The position numbers and the translations under genes were made by a program. The notes beneath the pieces are model-generated. The model ran no database searches. It was not told where the DNA came from and was given only the letters and a program-made list of their open reading frames with translations. DNA of 64,000 nt from Prochlorococcus sp. AG-409-D09 (GTDB taxonomy: Bacteria > Cyanobacteriota > Cyanobacteriia > PCC-6307 > Cyanobiaceae): contig QCJQ01000001.1 in the NCBI GenBank assembly GCA_003215935.1, positions 11,731 through 75,730 on the forward strand. Direction: 5' to 3'. How positions within the stretch are numbered: the first letter of the stretch is position 1; the number at the start of each line of letters is the position of its first letter. Shown piece by piece: positions 22,385-33,074 of the stretch.

Positions 22385-22603
22385 TTAGTCATCATAAACT
22401 AAACATTCAGGCTCATCAGGATTTGCCTCGCAGAACAGCTCTAAGGCATTTGGGTCATGTTTGTCCTCAGGATGATGCTCCTTATATTCCTCAAGAGAAT
22501 GAAGCTCTTCAGTTAAGTGCCTTACCTTTGGATCATTTCCTTCAGCTTTGGCTGATTTGATCTCAGATTGATCTTTAAGAATGTGCTCGTCGATGGTGTT
22601 CAT
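22385..22603 (-). CDS. cp12: CP12-like Calvin-cycle regulatory protein (C-terminal Cys pair only)
   Basis: 72 aa, acidic. The central LTEELHSLEE resembles the CP12 core. The C-terminus CEANPDEPECLVYDD matches the CP12 C-terminal loop pattern (C-x8-C-x-Y-D/E-D). Confidence 0.75.
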   Translation of the reverse strand: MNTIDEHILKDQSEIKSAKAEGNDPKVRHLTEELHSLEEYKEHHPEDKHDPNALELFCEANPDEPECLVYDD

Positions 22604-22786
22604 AAAATCTTGGATGAAACCTGGTCGCGTTCGACTTTTATAAGATAATTATCCTTCAGGAATATGCAAAACATCGATACGTGCTCTGGTTGGATTTCCA
22701 CACCAAATGCAAAAAAAAGGTATCAATTATTACTGTTTAATCCTTCTCGATTGTTGGTGAGAGCTGATTTTTTATATTTATTGGCT

Positions 22787-23422
22787 TTAAATTGCTTTTT
22801 GTTTTTTGATATTTTTCATGTATTCAAAAACACTTTTATCACCAATATCAGCCTTTGCATCCGTCCCAAACTTATTTAAAGCCATAATTATTAAAAGCCC
22901 GGAAGCTATACAAATTAAAGTGAAAACAAATCTTTCATTTAGTAACTTGCTTAAACTTCCAAGTAAAGCCATAGGGATTAAGAGTGTTAAGCCTATTGCT
23001 TCTAATCTTCGGAAACAAAAGAATTCTTTAAAGCCTAACCCTGTTAGTGAAATAAATAATGGACTGATAGTAATTAGAAGATTTGATTCATATGAGATTT
23101 TAGGTATTAAATTTTCTGTGCCGAATAATATAGTAAGTATTAAAATATTAATCGTTCCTATTAACCAAAAAATTTGAAGAGCTTGATGTAATTCTCGAAT
23201 ATAGATATGAATCCAATATAAGGATAAGCCAAGTGAAATTATCATAAGAAATAACCAAATCCATACTAATTCAGGCCCTTTCAAAATCCATTGGATTAAA
23301 CCTAAGGCAAAGGAGATCCCACAAATCAATAATGAGATTCTATAAAACTTGACCTCGTTTCTATCTTTTTCTGTTATTGAATAAGGGCCATAAATTCCCT
23401 CATACTTCTTTTGGTTATCCAT
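22787..23422 (-). CDS. Conserved-looking multi-pass membrane protein, function unknown
   Basis: 211-aa ORF with about 6 hydrophobic segments. Its start overlaps the stop of the upstream GST-like gene by 8 nt. Confidence 0.6.
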   Translation of the reverse strand: MDNQKKYEGIYGPYSITEKDRNEVKFYRISLLICGISFALGLIQWILKGPELVWIWLFLMIISLGLSLYWIHIYIRELHQALQIFWLIGTINILILTILFGTENLIPKISYESNLLITISPLFISLTGLGFKEFFCFRRLEAIGLTLLIPMALLGSLSKLLNERFVFTLICIASGLLIIMALNKFGTDAKADIGDKSVFEYMKNIKKQKAI

Positions 23423-24446
23423 TAGTAAAATTTACTGGAAATTGATTGTATTCTTTTGAAAATTGAGGAATTTCATAATTCATAATTTCTTGTAACCTTT
23501 CTCCATTTGGAATTATGTTGCTTGGGTTTAATGGAAATAATGCACCAAAATAATCCTTTCGCCATATTTCATTATCACATGTTTTAGCAACACTCCTTAA
23601 ATTAAATAGTTTTTTACGCCATTCCCAAAGATTTGGAAATGTCCAAAAAGGTTTAAGCCTGCATCCAAATAAAGGTTCATAAACTGATTCCCATCTGATG
23701 AGTGTTGGAAATAATCTTATGTCTGCCAGAGTTAGTTTTTCTCCACAAAGCCAAGGACCTTTTTTGGAAAGATGTTCTTCTACTATTTTTAAAGCATGAA
23801 AAAGCTCTTTTGATGCCTTGTTATATGCATTTTGATTCCGAGCAAAGCCACATTTGTAAACTCCATTATTTACAGATTGTTGAAGAAGGTCCTGCCATCT
23901 GTTTATATCTTTCTTTAGTTCTTTAGGAGCTAAATCTAGCTTTTCTTGAGTAGAAGGCCATTTGTTAAGTGTTTCAATGAGTTGGGCGCTTTCATTCCCA
24001 AGGATCTTAGGTTTATTTCCATTGGATCCTATTGGATCAATCAGAATAGGAACTGTTGCCCTGCTAAATGATTGATAACTATATTTTTTATATAACTCTA
24101 AAAGTGAATAACAGCCTAGTATTTCTTTTTTTAAAACCCATCTTCCAGTTTGATGGCAAGGTTCAGCTAGATGTAATTGTAGATTTGAATTTAAATTTCT
24201 GAGTTCATAAATCAACCAGGTTCTATGTGCCCAAGGACAGCTTCTACCAATAATTAATATTGGCTTATTATCTTTCGATCTATTGATAATTTCTTCTTTT
24301 GAAGGTGCGATAGATTTTTGGTATTGACTTTCCGGTCTTAGGTAATTCCCTTTTGAATCTGCAGGCCCAAGTCCTTGCATAAGTTTCTCCCATTGCCATC
24401 TCCAGCTTTTTCTTGACGCATTAACAATTATTTGAGGTATTGCCAT
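23415..24446 (-). CDS. Xi-class glutathione S-transferase / glutathionyl-hydroquinone reductase-like (ECM4/YqjG family)
   Basis: 343 aa. The GRSCPWAHRTWL motif (CPWA active site) is diagnostic for the Xi-class GST family. Confidence 0.8.
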   Translation of the reverse strand: MAIPQIIVNASRKSWRWQWEKLMQGLGPADSKGNYLRPESQYQKSIAPSKEEIINRSKDNKPILIIGRSCPWAHRTWLIYELRNLNSNLQLHLAEPCHQTGRWVLKKEILGCYSLLELYKKYSYQSFSRATVPILIDPIGSNGNKPKILGNESAQLIETLNKWPSTQEKLDLAPKELKKDINRWQDLLQQSVNNGVYKCGFARNQNAYNKASKELFHALKIVEEHLSKKGPWLCGEKLTLADIRLFPTLIRWESVYEPLFGCRLKPFWTFPNLWEWRKKLFNLRSVAKTCDNEIWRKDYFGALFPLNPSNIIPNGERLQEIMNYEIPQFSKEYNQFPVNFTNG

Positions 24447-24485
24447 AATTTTTATTTAGATTGATAAGGAATATTTTGAAGATTT

Positions 24486-25400
24486 ATGTGTGCATTGCAA
24501 GTTTTGTTGGTTGCAGGTACTCATGGGAACGAAGAAAATGCTTCATGGCTTTTTGATCAATTAGAAAAAAAGTTATGGGGTCTAAATAAAAAAAATATAG
24601 ATGTTTTTTCAGTTATAGGAAATCCTGAAGCTAGGGAAGCAAATCTTCGTTATATTGATCGAGATTTAAACCGCTGCTTTCATTCTGATTTATTAAGTGA
24701 TATAGAAAATCAAGATTTCGAAGTTACAAGAGCAAGGTATTTACTGGATATTTTTGGACCGAGTGGGAAAATTCCCTGTCAAATTATTTTTGATTTTCAT
24801 AGCACCACTTCATATATGGGGAATAGTCTTGTGGTTTATGGAAGAAGGCCATCTGATTTAGCTTTAGCTGGATTAATTCAACACCAATTAGGACTTCCGA
24901 TTTATCTGCATGAAGGTGATCTATCTCAACAGGGATTTATGGTTACTTCTTGGCCGTGTGGACTGGTTATAGAGATAGGGGCAACACCTCAAGGCTTGCT
25001 TGTTTCAAAGACTATTATTCAAACCAAACTAGCTTTAGAGGCTTGTTTAGATCAGCTTTCTTTTGTTAGAGACAACATAGCTAATATTCCCAGAAATATT
25101 ATTATTCATAGACATATTAAAAGTATTGATTTCCCACGAGATGAGAATGGGAATCGTATTGCATTCATTCATCCAGAAAGAGAAGGTAAAGATTGGGTAA
25201 AAATAAACAAAGGAGATCCTTTATTTATGAATTCATCTGGTGAAACTTATATATATTCTGAAAATACTTCTTATATTCCTGTATTTATAAATGAAGCTTC
25301 TTACTTCGAGAAGAATATTGCGATGAGTTTTACAAAAAGAGAAATTTTGCCTTTTTCTAATAAGTGGCTTCAATCATTAAGTCAATTAATTGACAAATGA
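24486..25400 (+). CDS. Aspartoacylase / succinylglutamate desuccinylase (AstE-AspA) family zinc hydrolase
   Basis: 304 aa. VLLVAGTHGNEENASW, RYIDRDLNRCF and FDFHSTTS motifs. Confidence 0.8.
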   Translation: MCALQVLLVAGTHGNEENASWLFDQLEKKLWGLNKKNIDVFSVIGNPEAREANLRYIDRDLNRCFHSDLLSDIENQDFEVTRARYLLDIFGPSGKIPCQIIFDFHSTTSYMGNSLVVYGRRPSDLALAGLIQHQLGLPIYLHEGDLSQQGFMVTSWPCGLVIEIGATPQGLLVSKTIIQTKLALEACLDQLSFVRDNIANIPRNIIIHRHIKSIDFPRDENGNRIAFIHPEREGKDWVKINKGDPLFMNSSGETYIYSENTSYIPVFINEASYFEKNIAMSFTKREILPFSNKWLQSLSQLIDK

Positions 25401-25524
25401 AGATAGCTTTTATTTTTTGCTTTTGGAGTTTATAATGTGATTATGAATTCATAATTTATATTTAAAATATTTTACTTTTTACTTGATTTTTTCTAGAGAT
25501 TAATTTTGAAAATGAATTTCCGAC

Positions 25525-25662
25525 TCAAAAAGCTATAACCCTTTCACTCCAATAAACTATTGCACCTTGAGATTCAAGTTCTATTTTTCTATGCCGAGCA
25601 TAAGATAACGGTACTTTTTCTTCAGACCTTCGTCCTTGCGCAAACCATTTAATTAGTACCAC
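25525..25662 (-). CDS. Possible small ORF (45 aa, GTG start) upstream of psbA; unverified
   Basis: My own translation: VVLIKWFAQGRRSEEKVPLSYARHRKIELESQGAIVYWSERVIAF*. It is below the ORF-track length cut-off, and no motif was recognised. Confidence 0.25.
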   Translation of the reverse strand: MVLIKWFAQGRRSEEKVPLSYARHRKIELESQGAIVYWSERVIAF

Positions 25663-25792
25663 TTTCTTTTCTATAAGACATTGACCAAGAATCTTAAGAC
25701 TTTGTTAAGGCTTTATGCGGATTTTGTTTTGTATTTCTTCGCAAATTCATATTAAAGCACCCACGAATTGCATATTTTCCTTTAAGATCACT

Positions 25793-25821
25793 TTGGCAGG
25801 TATTACGTCTGCCCTTATATA
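25793..25821 (+). promoter_or_regulatory. Sigma70-type promoter of psbA
   Basis: TTGGCA (25793-25798), a 17-nt spacer, then TATATA (25816-25821). The -10 element ends 32 nt upstream of the psbA ATG. Confidence 0.55.
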
Positions 25822-25853
25822 ACGTCCCAATTGGGACACTTAATTTCGTCCTC

Positions 25854-26936
25854 ATGACAACCATTAGGCAGCAGGGCTCGTCTCTGCTCAAAGGTTGGCC
25901 GGAATTCTGTGCATGGGTTACATCCACTTCTAACCGCATTTACGTTGGTTGGTTTGGTGTTTTGATGATCCCTTGCCTTCTAGCCGCGACAACCTGTTTT
26001 ATCGTTGCTTTTATCGCTGCACCTCCAGTAGATATTGACGGTATTCGCGAACCTGTAGCTGGTTCATTCTTGTATGGAAACAACATCATCTCAGGTGCTG
26101 TTGTCCCTTCAAGTAATGCAATTGGTCTTCACTTCTACCCTATTTGGGAAGCTGCAAGTCTTGATGAATGGCTTTATAACGGCGGTCCTTACCAGCTAGT
26201 TATTTTCCACTTCTTGATTGGTATTTCTGCATATATGGGTCGTCAGTGGGAGCTTTCATATCGTTTAGGTATGCGTCCTTGGATCTGTGTTGCTTATTCA
26301 GCACCAGTTTCAGCTGCTTTTGCTGTATTCCTTGTATATCCATTCGGTCAGGGTTCATTCTCTGATGGAATGCCATTGGGAATTTCTGGAACATTTAACT
26401 TCATGTTTGTTTTCCAGGCTGAGCACAATATTCTTATGCACCCATTCCATATGGCTGGTGTTGCAGGAATGTTTGGTGGAGCATTGTTCTCTGCTATGCA
26501 TGGTTCATTGGTTACATCATCACTAATTCGTGAAACCACTGGACTTGATTCTCAGAATTATGGTTACAAGTTTGGACAAGAAGAAGAGACCTATAACATC
26601 GTGGCTGCTCACGGTTATTTTGGTCGCTTGATCTTCCAATATGCAAGCTTCAACAATAGCCGTAGCCTTCACTTCTTCTTGGCTTCATGGCCAGTTATTT
26701 GTGTTTGGTTGACTTCTATGGGCATCTGCACCATGGCTTTCAACTTAAATGGCTTTAACTTTAACCAGTCTGTTGTTGATTCATCAGGCAAAGTAGTTCC
26801 TACTTGGGGCGATGTACTTAACCGTGCAAACCTTGGTATGGAAGTAATGCATGAGCGTAATGCTCATAACTTCCCTCTTGACCTTGCAGCTGCTGAGTCA
26901 ACTACAGTTGCTCTTCAGGCTCCTGCAATAGGCTGA
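25854..26936 (+). CDS. psbA: Photosystem II reaction-centre protein D1
   Basis: 360 aa. [10 protein letters not shown]...[23 protein letters not shown]...HNFPLDLAA with a C-terminal extension. Unmistakably D1. Confidence 0.99.
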   Translation: MTTIRQQGSSLLKGWPEFCAWVTSTSNRIYVGWFGVLMIPCLLAATTCFIVAFIAAPPVDIDGIREPVAGSFLYGNNIISGAVVPSSNAIGLHFYPIWEAASLDEWLYNGGPYQLVIFHFLIGISAYMGRQWELSYRLGMRPWICVAYSAPVSAAFAVFLVYPFGQGSFSDGMPLGISGTFNFMFVFQAEHNILMHPFHMAGVAGMFGGALFSAMHGSLVTSSLIRETTGLDSQNYGYKFGQEEETYNIVAAHGYFGRLIFQYASFNNSRSLHFFLASWPVICVWLTSMGICTMAFNLNGFNFNQSVVDSSGKVVPTWGDVLNRANLGMEVMHERNAHNFPLDLAAAESTTVALQAPAIG

Positions 26937-26965
26937 GGTTAACTTTTTAACTTTTTAAGTTTTTA

Positions 26966-26996
26966 CCCCCCCCTCTTTAAAGAGGGGGTTTTTTTT
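26966..26996 (+). terminator. Rho-independent terminator of psbA
   Basis: CCCCCTCTTTAAAGAGGGGG palindrome followed by T8. Confidence 0.9.
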
Positions 26997-27075
26997 GCCT
27001 AATTTGTGCTTAATTGATATATTTTCATCTTTTTGTTCTTACTATTTCTTACTATTTATTCAAAATGAGTTCAGT

Positions 27076-28164
27076 ATGGGAAGTAGTTTCGGTGATTTAT
27101 TTCGTATAACCACCTTTGGTGAATCACATGGAGGTGGAGTGGGAGTAATAGTTGAAGGCTGTCCTCCTAGATTGGAATTAGATCTTGAGAAGATACAACT
27201 GGAATTAAATAGGCGGAAGCCTGGGCAAAGTAAAATAACGACTCCTAGAAAAGAATCTGATCAAATAGAAATATTGAGTGGATTGAGTGGGAATAAAACT
27301 CTCGGTACACCGATATCAATTTTGGTAAGGAATAAGGATCATAAACCCAGTGACTATGACTCTATGCAAAAGGTATTTCGTCCTTCTCATGCAGATGCAA
27401 CCTATCACGCTAAATATGGAATTCAAGCTACTAGTGGGGGAGGAAGAGCTTCGGCAAGAGAGACAATTGGCCGAGTAGCTGCTGGTGCTATAGCTAAGCA
27501 ATTATTATTTAAATTAAATCAAACAGAAGTTTTGGCATGGGTTCGTCAAATTCATAGCATTCAATCAGATGTTGATCCATTGAAAGTAACTTTTACGCAA
27601 GTTGAGTCAAATATTGTTCGTTGTCCAAATGATAATGATGCGAAGTTAATGCTTCAAAGAATAGAAGAGATCAGTAAAGAAGGAGATTCATGCGGAGGAG
27701 TCATTGAGTGCATAGTGCGAAAACCTTCTATTGGTTTAGGGATGCCAGTTTTTGATAAATTAGAAGCTGATTTAGCAAAGGCTTTAATGTCTTTGCCTGC
27801 GACAAAGGGTTTTGAAATTGGATCAGGATTTCAAGGAACTAAATTAAAGGGAAGCGAACATAATGATGCATTTATTCCTTCTGAAGATGGAAGTTTAAAG
27901 ACTTCTACAAATAATTCTGGTGGAATACAAGGAGGTATTAGTAATGGTGAGCCAATAGTTCTTCGAATTGCTTTTAAACCTACTGCGACCATTCGAAAAA
28001 GTCAGCAAACAGTTGATGCAGCAGGAAATTCAACTACATTGAGCTCTAAAGGTAGACATGACCCTTGTGTTTTACCTAGAGCTGTTCCGATGGTTGAGGC
28101 AATGGTTGCATTGGTTTTAGCTGATCATTTACTTAGAAATCATGGACAATGCCAACTTTTTTAG
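27076..28164 (+). CDS. aroC: Chorismate synthase
   Basis: [23 protein letters not shown]...[16 protein letters not shown]...RHDPCV. The ORF is open from 26995, but the conserved N-terminus starts at the ATG at 27076. Confidence 0.95.
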   Translation: MGSSFGDLFRITTFGESHGGGVGVIVEGCPPRLELDLEKIQLELNRRKPGQSKITTPRKESDQIEILSGLSGNKTLGTPISILVRNKDHKPSDYDSMQKVFRPSHADATYHAKYGIQATSGGGRASARETIGRVAAGAIAKQLLFKLNQTEVLAWVRQIHSIQSDVDPLKVTFTQVESNIVRCPNDNDAKLMLQRIEEISKEGDSCGGVIECIVRKPSIGLGMPVFDKLEADLAKALMSLPATKGFEIGSGFQGTKLKGSEHNDAFIPSEDGSLKTSTNNSGGIQGGISNGEPIVLRIAFKPTATIRKSQQTVDAAGNSTTLSSKGRHDPCVLPRAVPMVEAMVALVLADHLLRNHGQCQLF

Positions 28165-28185
28165 TAGATCTTCTATTCCTTCATC

Positions 28186-28875
28186 CTAAACATATTTTTT
28201 TTTATGTATTTTTAACCAGGTTAGTAATGTTTTAGATATCTTTTCCCCTTTTATTAATTTTTTGCCTAAAGCAACAGCACTAAAGCCTTTTTTGAGCCAT
28301 ATATCTATTTCTTCTGGGTCTATTCCGCCGGCAGCAATTATAAAGGGTAGCGAATTAATAGAAGATTGAATTCTTTCTAAGTAATCTTTTCCTAAAATTG
28401 ATGCTGGAAACAATTTTATTATTTGGCTTTCATAAGAAATCGCTTGTTGAATTTCTGTAGGTGAAAAAACACCTGGTATAAGAACTTGATTTTTATCTTT
28501 GGCTTTTTTTTGAAGATTGGGATCCCAAAAAGGTGACATCGCATAAGAAAAATTAAGTTCTATTATTTCATTTAATCCAAATTCATTTATTATTGAAGCT
28601 GCACCAAGGTTAATACTTGGGAATTTGCTTCTTATTTTTATTATAAGATCTTTCCATTTATGATGATCAGTCCATGCTATTTCTATATTTTTGATTCCTA
28701 AAAGATGAAGATTTTCAATCCTATTTAGAAAGATCTTCTCGTGTTCTTTACTTTCAAAAACTTTATTACTAGCTCTTAAAACTATAATTAATGGCTGTTT
28801 AGAAAATTCTTGTATCAATTGATTTTGTTGAAACAAGAATTCGTTTTTTATTTTATTTTTAGGCGTATTCTGCAA
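28186..28875 (-). CDS. eda: KDPG/KHG aldolase-family protein (Eda-like)
   Basis: 229 aa. ...IEIAWTD..., IIKLFPAS (Schiff-base Lys context), AAGGI. The N-terminal 17 nt overlap the ftsH stop, so the start is uncertain. Confidence 0.7.
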   Translation of the reverse strand: MQNTPKNKIKNEFLFQQNQLIQEFSKQPLIIVLRASNKVFESKEHEKIFLNRIENLHLLGIKNIEIAWTDHHKWKDLIIKIRSKFPSINLGAASIINEFGLNEIIELNFSYAMSPFWDPNLQKKAKDKNQVLIPGVFSPTEIQQAISYESQIIKLFPASILGKDYLERIQSSINSLPFIIAAGGIDPEEIDIWLKKGFSAVALGKKLIKGEKISKTLLTWLKIHKKKYV

Positions 28876-30706
28876 CTTTTACTTCATGTCGTATTAAAAG
28901 GTCTTGAAATTCTTGAGAGTCAACTGTTTCCTTATCTATTAATAATTGAGTTAATTCCTCTAAAACATTTTTATTATCAATTAAAGCTTTAGTTGCTCTT
29001 TGGTAAGCAACTTCCACTAAATCTGATACTTCTGAATCGATAGTTGCCGCTGTATCTTCAGAGAAATCTCTTTCAGATGCAATATCTCTACCTAAGAACA
29101 TTCCTCCCTGTGATCGGCCTAAAGCAACAGGACCTATTTTGTCACTCATTCCAAATTTAGTAACCATTTGCCTAGCAACTTGAGCAACTTGCTTTAAGTC
29201 ATTTGAAGCTCCTGTCGTAACTTCATCTTCTCCATAAATTATTTCTTCAGCTACTCTTCCGCCTAAAGCTACAGCCATTTGATTTTGAAGATAAGCTCGA
29301 GAATATAGACCTGATTCCATTCGTTCTTCACTTGGAGTAAAGAAAGTAAGTCCACCAGCTTGACCTCTTGGAATAATAGAAATCTTTTGAACTGGGTCGT
29401 AATCAGGCATAACTGCTCCAACAATTGCATGCCCAGCTTCATGATATGCAACTAGCTTTTTTCTTTTATCGCTAATTACTCGATCTTTTTTTTCTGGTCC
29501 AACCATTACTCGTTCTATAGCATCACTTATTTCGTCATTACTTACTTCAGTTAGGTCTCTTCTGGCAGCAAGTATTGCTCCTTCATTTAGCAAATTTGCT
29601 AAATCAGCTCCAGTAAAACCTGGCGTTCTTCTTGCAATTTGATCAAGATCAACATCTTTGGAAAGTGTTTTCCCTCTTGCGTGAACATTGAGAATTTGTA
29701 ATCTGCCGGCATAATCTGGTCTGTCAACGGTAACTTGCCTGTCGAACCTACCTGGCCTCATAAGTGCTGAATCAAGTACATCGGGTCTATTAGTAGCGGC
29801 AACGATAATTATTCCTGTATTACCTTCGAATCCATCCATTTCAGTTAATAATTGATTTAATGTTTGTTCTCTTTCGTCATTACCTCCCCCTAGACCTGCG
29901 CCTCTTTGGCGACCGACAGCATCAATTTCATCAATAAAAACTATACATGGAGCATTTTTCTTGGCTTGTTCAAAAAGATCTCGAACTCTGCTAGCACCAA
30001 CTCCAACAAACATTTCAACAAATTCTGATCCAGAGATAGAAAAGAATGGAACAGAAGCTTCTCCTGCTACAGCTTTTGCAAGAAGTGTTTTCCCCGTCCC
30101 CGGTGGTCCAACTAAGAGAACACCCTTGGGTATTTTTGCTCCAACTGCTGTAAATCTATCTGGATTTTTTAAGAAATCGACTACTTCCGTTAATTCGAGT
30201 TTGGCTCCTTCAATACCTGCCACATCCCCAAAAGTGACTTGGGTCGAAGGCTCCATTTGTAACCTTGCCTTGCTTTTTCCAAAATTCATTGCAGGATTAC
30301 CACCATTACTGGCTCCTCCTCTTCGGAAAAGGAAAAATAGTCCACCTAGCAGTAGAACTGGAAAAATCAGACTTGTTGCAGCTTGTTGAAACGGATTTGG
30401 TTGGCTAGATGGTTGAACTGCAATATCTACATTGTTTTCTGTAAGTAATTGAAGAAGATCTTGATCTGGTGCAAGGTTTACAACTGCTCTACCTCCATCA
30501 TTTTCAACGACTTGGGCAGTTGATTTGTCAGGTGAAATTAAGATCCTGCTTATTTGTTTGTCTTGTACAGCTTCTATAAAAGAGCTATATCTGAGGGTTC
30601 TTGTAGTATTCGATGGGCCTGGCTTATCAAAGAAAGCACTCCCTATAAAGATTACTACTACAACCATAAGGATGTAGAGAGCAATGTTTCTCCAGCGTTT
30701 GTTCAC
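28859..30706 (-). CDS. ftsH: ATP-dependent zinc metalloprotease FtsH
   Basis: 615 aa. Walker [14 protein letters not shown], Walker [38 protein letters not shown] zinc site. Confidence 0.97.
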   Translation of the reverse strand: MNKRWRNIALYILMVVVVIFIGSAFFDKPGPSNTTRTLRYSSFIEAVQDKQISRILISPDKSTAQVVENDGGRAVVNLAPDQDLLQLLTENNVDIAVQPSSQPNPFQQAATSLIFPVLLLGGLFFLFRRGGASNGGNPAMNFGKSKARLQMEPSTQVTFGDVAGIEGAKLELTEVVDFLKNPDRFTAVGAKIPKGVLLVGPPGTGKTLLAKAVAGEASVPFFSISGSEFVEMFVGVGASRVRDLFEQAKKNAPCIVFIDEIDAVGRQRGAGLGGGNDEREQTLNQLLTEMDGFEGNTGIIIVAATNRPDVLDSALMRPGRFDRQVTVDRPDYAGRLQILNVHARGKTLSKDVDLDQIARRTPGFTGADLANLLNEGAILAARRDLTEVSNDEISDAIERVMVGPEKKDRVISDKRKKLVAYHEAGHAIVGAVMPDYDPVQKISIIPRGQAGGLTFFTPSEERMESGLYSRAYLQNQMAVALGGRVAEEIIYGEDEVTTGASNDLKQVAQVARQMVTKFGMSDKIGPVALGRSQGGMFLGRDIASERDFSEDTAATIDSEVSDLVEVAYQRATKALIDNKNVLEELTQLLIDKETVDSQEFQDLLIRHEVKVAEYA

Positions 30707-30752
30707 GGATCTTTTCTGTCTTGTTTATGAATGTTAATAGGCTTAAGGTCAT

Positions 30753-31925
30753 TTATGCGGCTCTTAGAACTTCAACCACGCTTTTAAATGCGAACCATTC
30801 TGGAATGTCTTCACCATTTCTAAGCATTTTCCTGAATTGAGTGCCGCTTAGTTTTTTTATATGAAGGCCTAATTTCTCTGCATGGTCAGCTGATACGTAT
30901 CCTTCTTCTTCTGTATACACTAAATTTAATGATGGCACTGTATCCATGCTTAGTTCTTTTGCACAAGCTTTAGCAAAATCTTGAGCAGCATATGGACTAT
31001 AGAAATCTTCACCGGTCATATTTGATTTACATCCAGCCATATCTCTGCCAATTATGAAATGAGTGCATCCATAATTCCTTCGAATAATCATGTGTTGAAG
31101 TGCTTCTCTTGGACCTGCCATATGCATCGAATAAGGTAAATATGACCATTTTATTCTTGGATTTTTTACTTCAGCGGCTAGTTTTTCATAACTTTGAAAC
31201 CTAATATTTCCTGGAATATCATCTTGCTGAGTTGGTCCACATGTTGGATGGACTAAAACTACTGCTCCTTTGCTGACATTGTTGGCATGAAGTGCCCTGG
31301 TAAATAATTCATAATGGGCTCTATGAATAGGATTTCTACATTGGAAAGCTACTACATCTTCTCCTTGTGGTAATTCTGCTCTTACTTGTAAAGGTGTTTT
31401 ACAAGGGAAAATTCTTTTAGGAAGTTCTAGTCCTTTTAATTTTCCTCCTATATAAAACCGTTTCCTTTCCATTGCTATCATCCTGACTGCAGGATGTTCA
31501 AGAGATGTTGTTCCATAGCAGGATTTTGCTTCTTTGACTTTGTCAGGCTCCCATATTTCTTCAATATCAAGTACTGCTAAATTTTGATTTTTGTAGGTAA
31601 GTAGAATTTTCTCTCCTTCCTTGAAACCTTCATCATCAGTATCTAAAACAATGGGCAGTCCAAATAAAAATCCATCAATTGTTCTATTTGTAGCTACAAC
31701 TGAGTCATAATCAGCCTTTTGCATAAATCCTTTAAGCGGAGAAAATCCTCCAATTGTCAATAATTCGATATCACAGGCATTTCTGTCTGAGCATTCAAGT
31801 TTTTTAGTAGCTGTTTCTTTGACTGGTTCCTTTTCATTCTCAGAGACCATGAGATCTACTATTTCTCCTCCATAAGGAGCTATTAGTCCTGATCTTTTAG
31901 ATAAGGTGGAATTACTATTAACCAT
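30753..31925 (-). CDS. sat: Sulfate adenylyltransferase (ATP sulfurylase)
   Basis: 390 aa. FQCRNPIHRAHYEL and GRDMAGC motifs. Confidence 0.93.
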   Translation of the reverse strand: MVNSNSTLSKRSGLIAPYGGEIVDLMVSENEKEPVKETATKKLECSDRNACDIELLTIGGFSPLKGFMQKADYDSVVATNRTIDGFLFGLPIVLDTDDEGFKEGEKILLTYKNQNLAVLDIEEIWEPDKVKEAKSCYGTTSLEHPAVRMIAMERKRFYIGGKLKGLELPKRIFPCKTPLQVRAELPQGEDVVAFQCRNPIHRAHYELFTRALHANNVSKGAVVLVHPTCGPTQQDDIPGNIRFQSYEKLAAEVKNPRIKWSYLPYSMHMAGPREALQHMIIRRNYGCTHFIIGRDMAGCKSNMTGEDFYSPYAAQDFAKACAKELSMDTVPSLNLVYTEEEGYVSADHAEKLGLHIKKLSGTQFRKMLRNGEDIPEWFAFKSVVEVLRAA

Positions 31926-32000
31926 TCTTACTCAATAAAGTAAGTTTAAATTCTCCCAGATGGTGGGGCAAAAAAGGGAATCTATGAAAGTAAAATAGTT

Positions 32001-32032
32001 AAAAAAAAAGAGGCCTAATGGCCTCTTTTTTT
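32001..32032 (-). terminator. Rho-independent terminator downstream of psbO (symmetric)
   Basis: A9-GAGGCC-TAAT-GGCCTC-T7. Confidence 0.88.
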
Positions 32033-32047
32033 ATTCTGATAATTTAA

Positions 32048-32854
32048 CTAGGCTTTTTGGCCATAAAGAATACCAGTTATTTTGACATCTACTGGTTCTT
32101 TAGATCCAAGGTCATTGTCAGAAGGCTGAATTGCGACAAAGGTTCCACCAAATTCGTTGGTATCAGAATCAACGTTATCTATTGATAGGGTGATTTGACC
32201 TTTACCACTTAGATCTTGCTTTACATTCTCTTTGGCTAGATCTTCATCATCACCACCTAAAGCAACAAGGCCTTGTGCATATTCAACACCTGTGTCTTTA
32301 GCTCTACTTTTTGGATCAAGAAAGTCACCTGTTCTGTAACTAGGCGTAAAAGTAGTTCCAGAAAACTCTGCTCCTGGCTCTAAAGACTTACCTTTTTTGG
32401 CATCAGCAACCATGTCTTTAACAGAGAAGGCGAATGGAAACTCTTCTCCATTAGGAGCTAATACTGTGATTAGGGAGAAATCAAGTCCACCTTGTTCGGT
32501 GAACTTTCCACCTGATAGATCACCATAAACTTCATCAATACTAGTATTGAAACGAGGACTGATGATTTTTGCTGGGACGAAATCAGATTTTTGACGCTTT
32601 GAACCTTGAAGCTTTACGAAAACTTCTGTTGGTTGAAGACAAAGACTTTTGAAATTTCCATCAGCATTGATGGAGTCCGTAGCATTAGCAGGGAGAGTAG
32701 TGCACTCTCCTGCTTTCCCGGTATTTACTACGTTCCCAAATCGGGCATTACCCCTTTCAGGACCTTTAACGAACGCGGCAGAGACACTAGTTGGTGCAGC
32801 TGCAAAAGTTAGGCAAAAAGCTAGCACCAAGGCCAGCAAAGGACGAAATCGCAT
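32048..32854 (-). CDS. psbO: Photosystem II manganese-stabilising protein PsbO
   Basis: 268 aa. A signal peptide, then ...CLQPTEVFVK...GKFTEQGGLDF...FTPSYRTGDFLDPK.RA...GGTFVAIQPSD. Confidence 0.95.
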   Translation of the reverse strand: MRFRPLLALVLAFCLTFAAAPTSVSAAFVKGPERGNARFGNVVNTGKAGECTTLPANATDSINADGNFKSLCLQPTEVFVKLQGSKRQKSDFVPAKIISPRFNTSIDEVYGDLSGGKFTEQGGLDFSLITVLAPNGEEFPFAFSVKDMVADAKKGKSLEPGAEFSGTTFTPSYRTGDFLDPKSRAKDTGVEYAQGLVALGGDDEDLAKENVKQDLSGKGQITLSIDNVDSDTNEFGGTFVAIQPSDNDLGSKEPVDVKITGILYGQKA

Positions 32855-33074
32855 GAGAGGAAGCCGAAAGGGCTAGTTGACTGCGGTAGGTAACCGCCCA
32901 ATTAATTCAGTTGGGATATTACAAGGGTAAAATGACCGTATTGGCATGCCTTTTGCAGCTCTATACAAGCCGTAGCTTATTGAAAAAGAGATTCTTCACC
33001 TTTAATTCTAGAAATTCCTTTAATTGCAAGGCTTTTCGGTTGCGAAAAGAAAAAAAAGAATTTTTAGGTTTTAA

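Noticed and set aside
25694-25939. 81-aa minus-strand ORF overlapping the psbA promoter and start
   Set aside because: It is antisense to the psbA 5' end and promoter, is basic and irregular in composition, and has no support.
29961-30389. 142-aa plus-strand ORF
   Set aside because: It is antisense to the highly conserved AAA+ core of ftsH, has Pro/Ser/Thr-rich shadow composition and no motif. The same reasoning applies to 5655-5969 (antisense to clpB), 13562-13852 (antisense to the sbtA-like gene), 22806-23177, 33556-33939 and 56968-57336.
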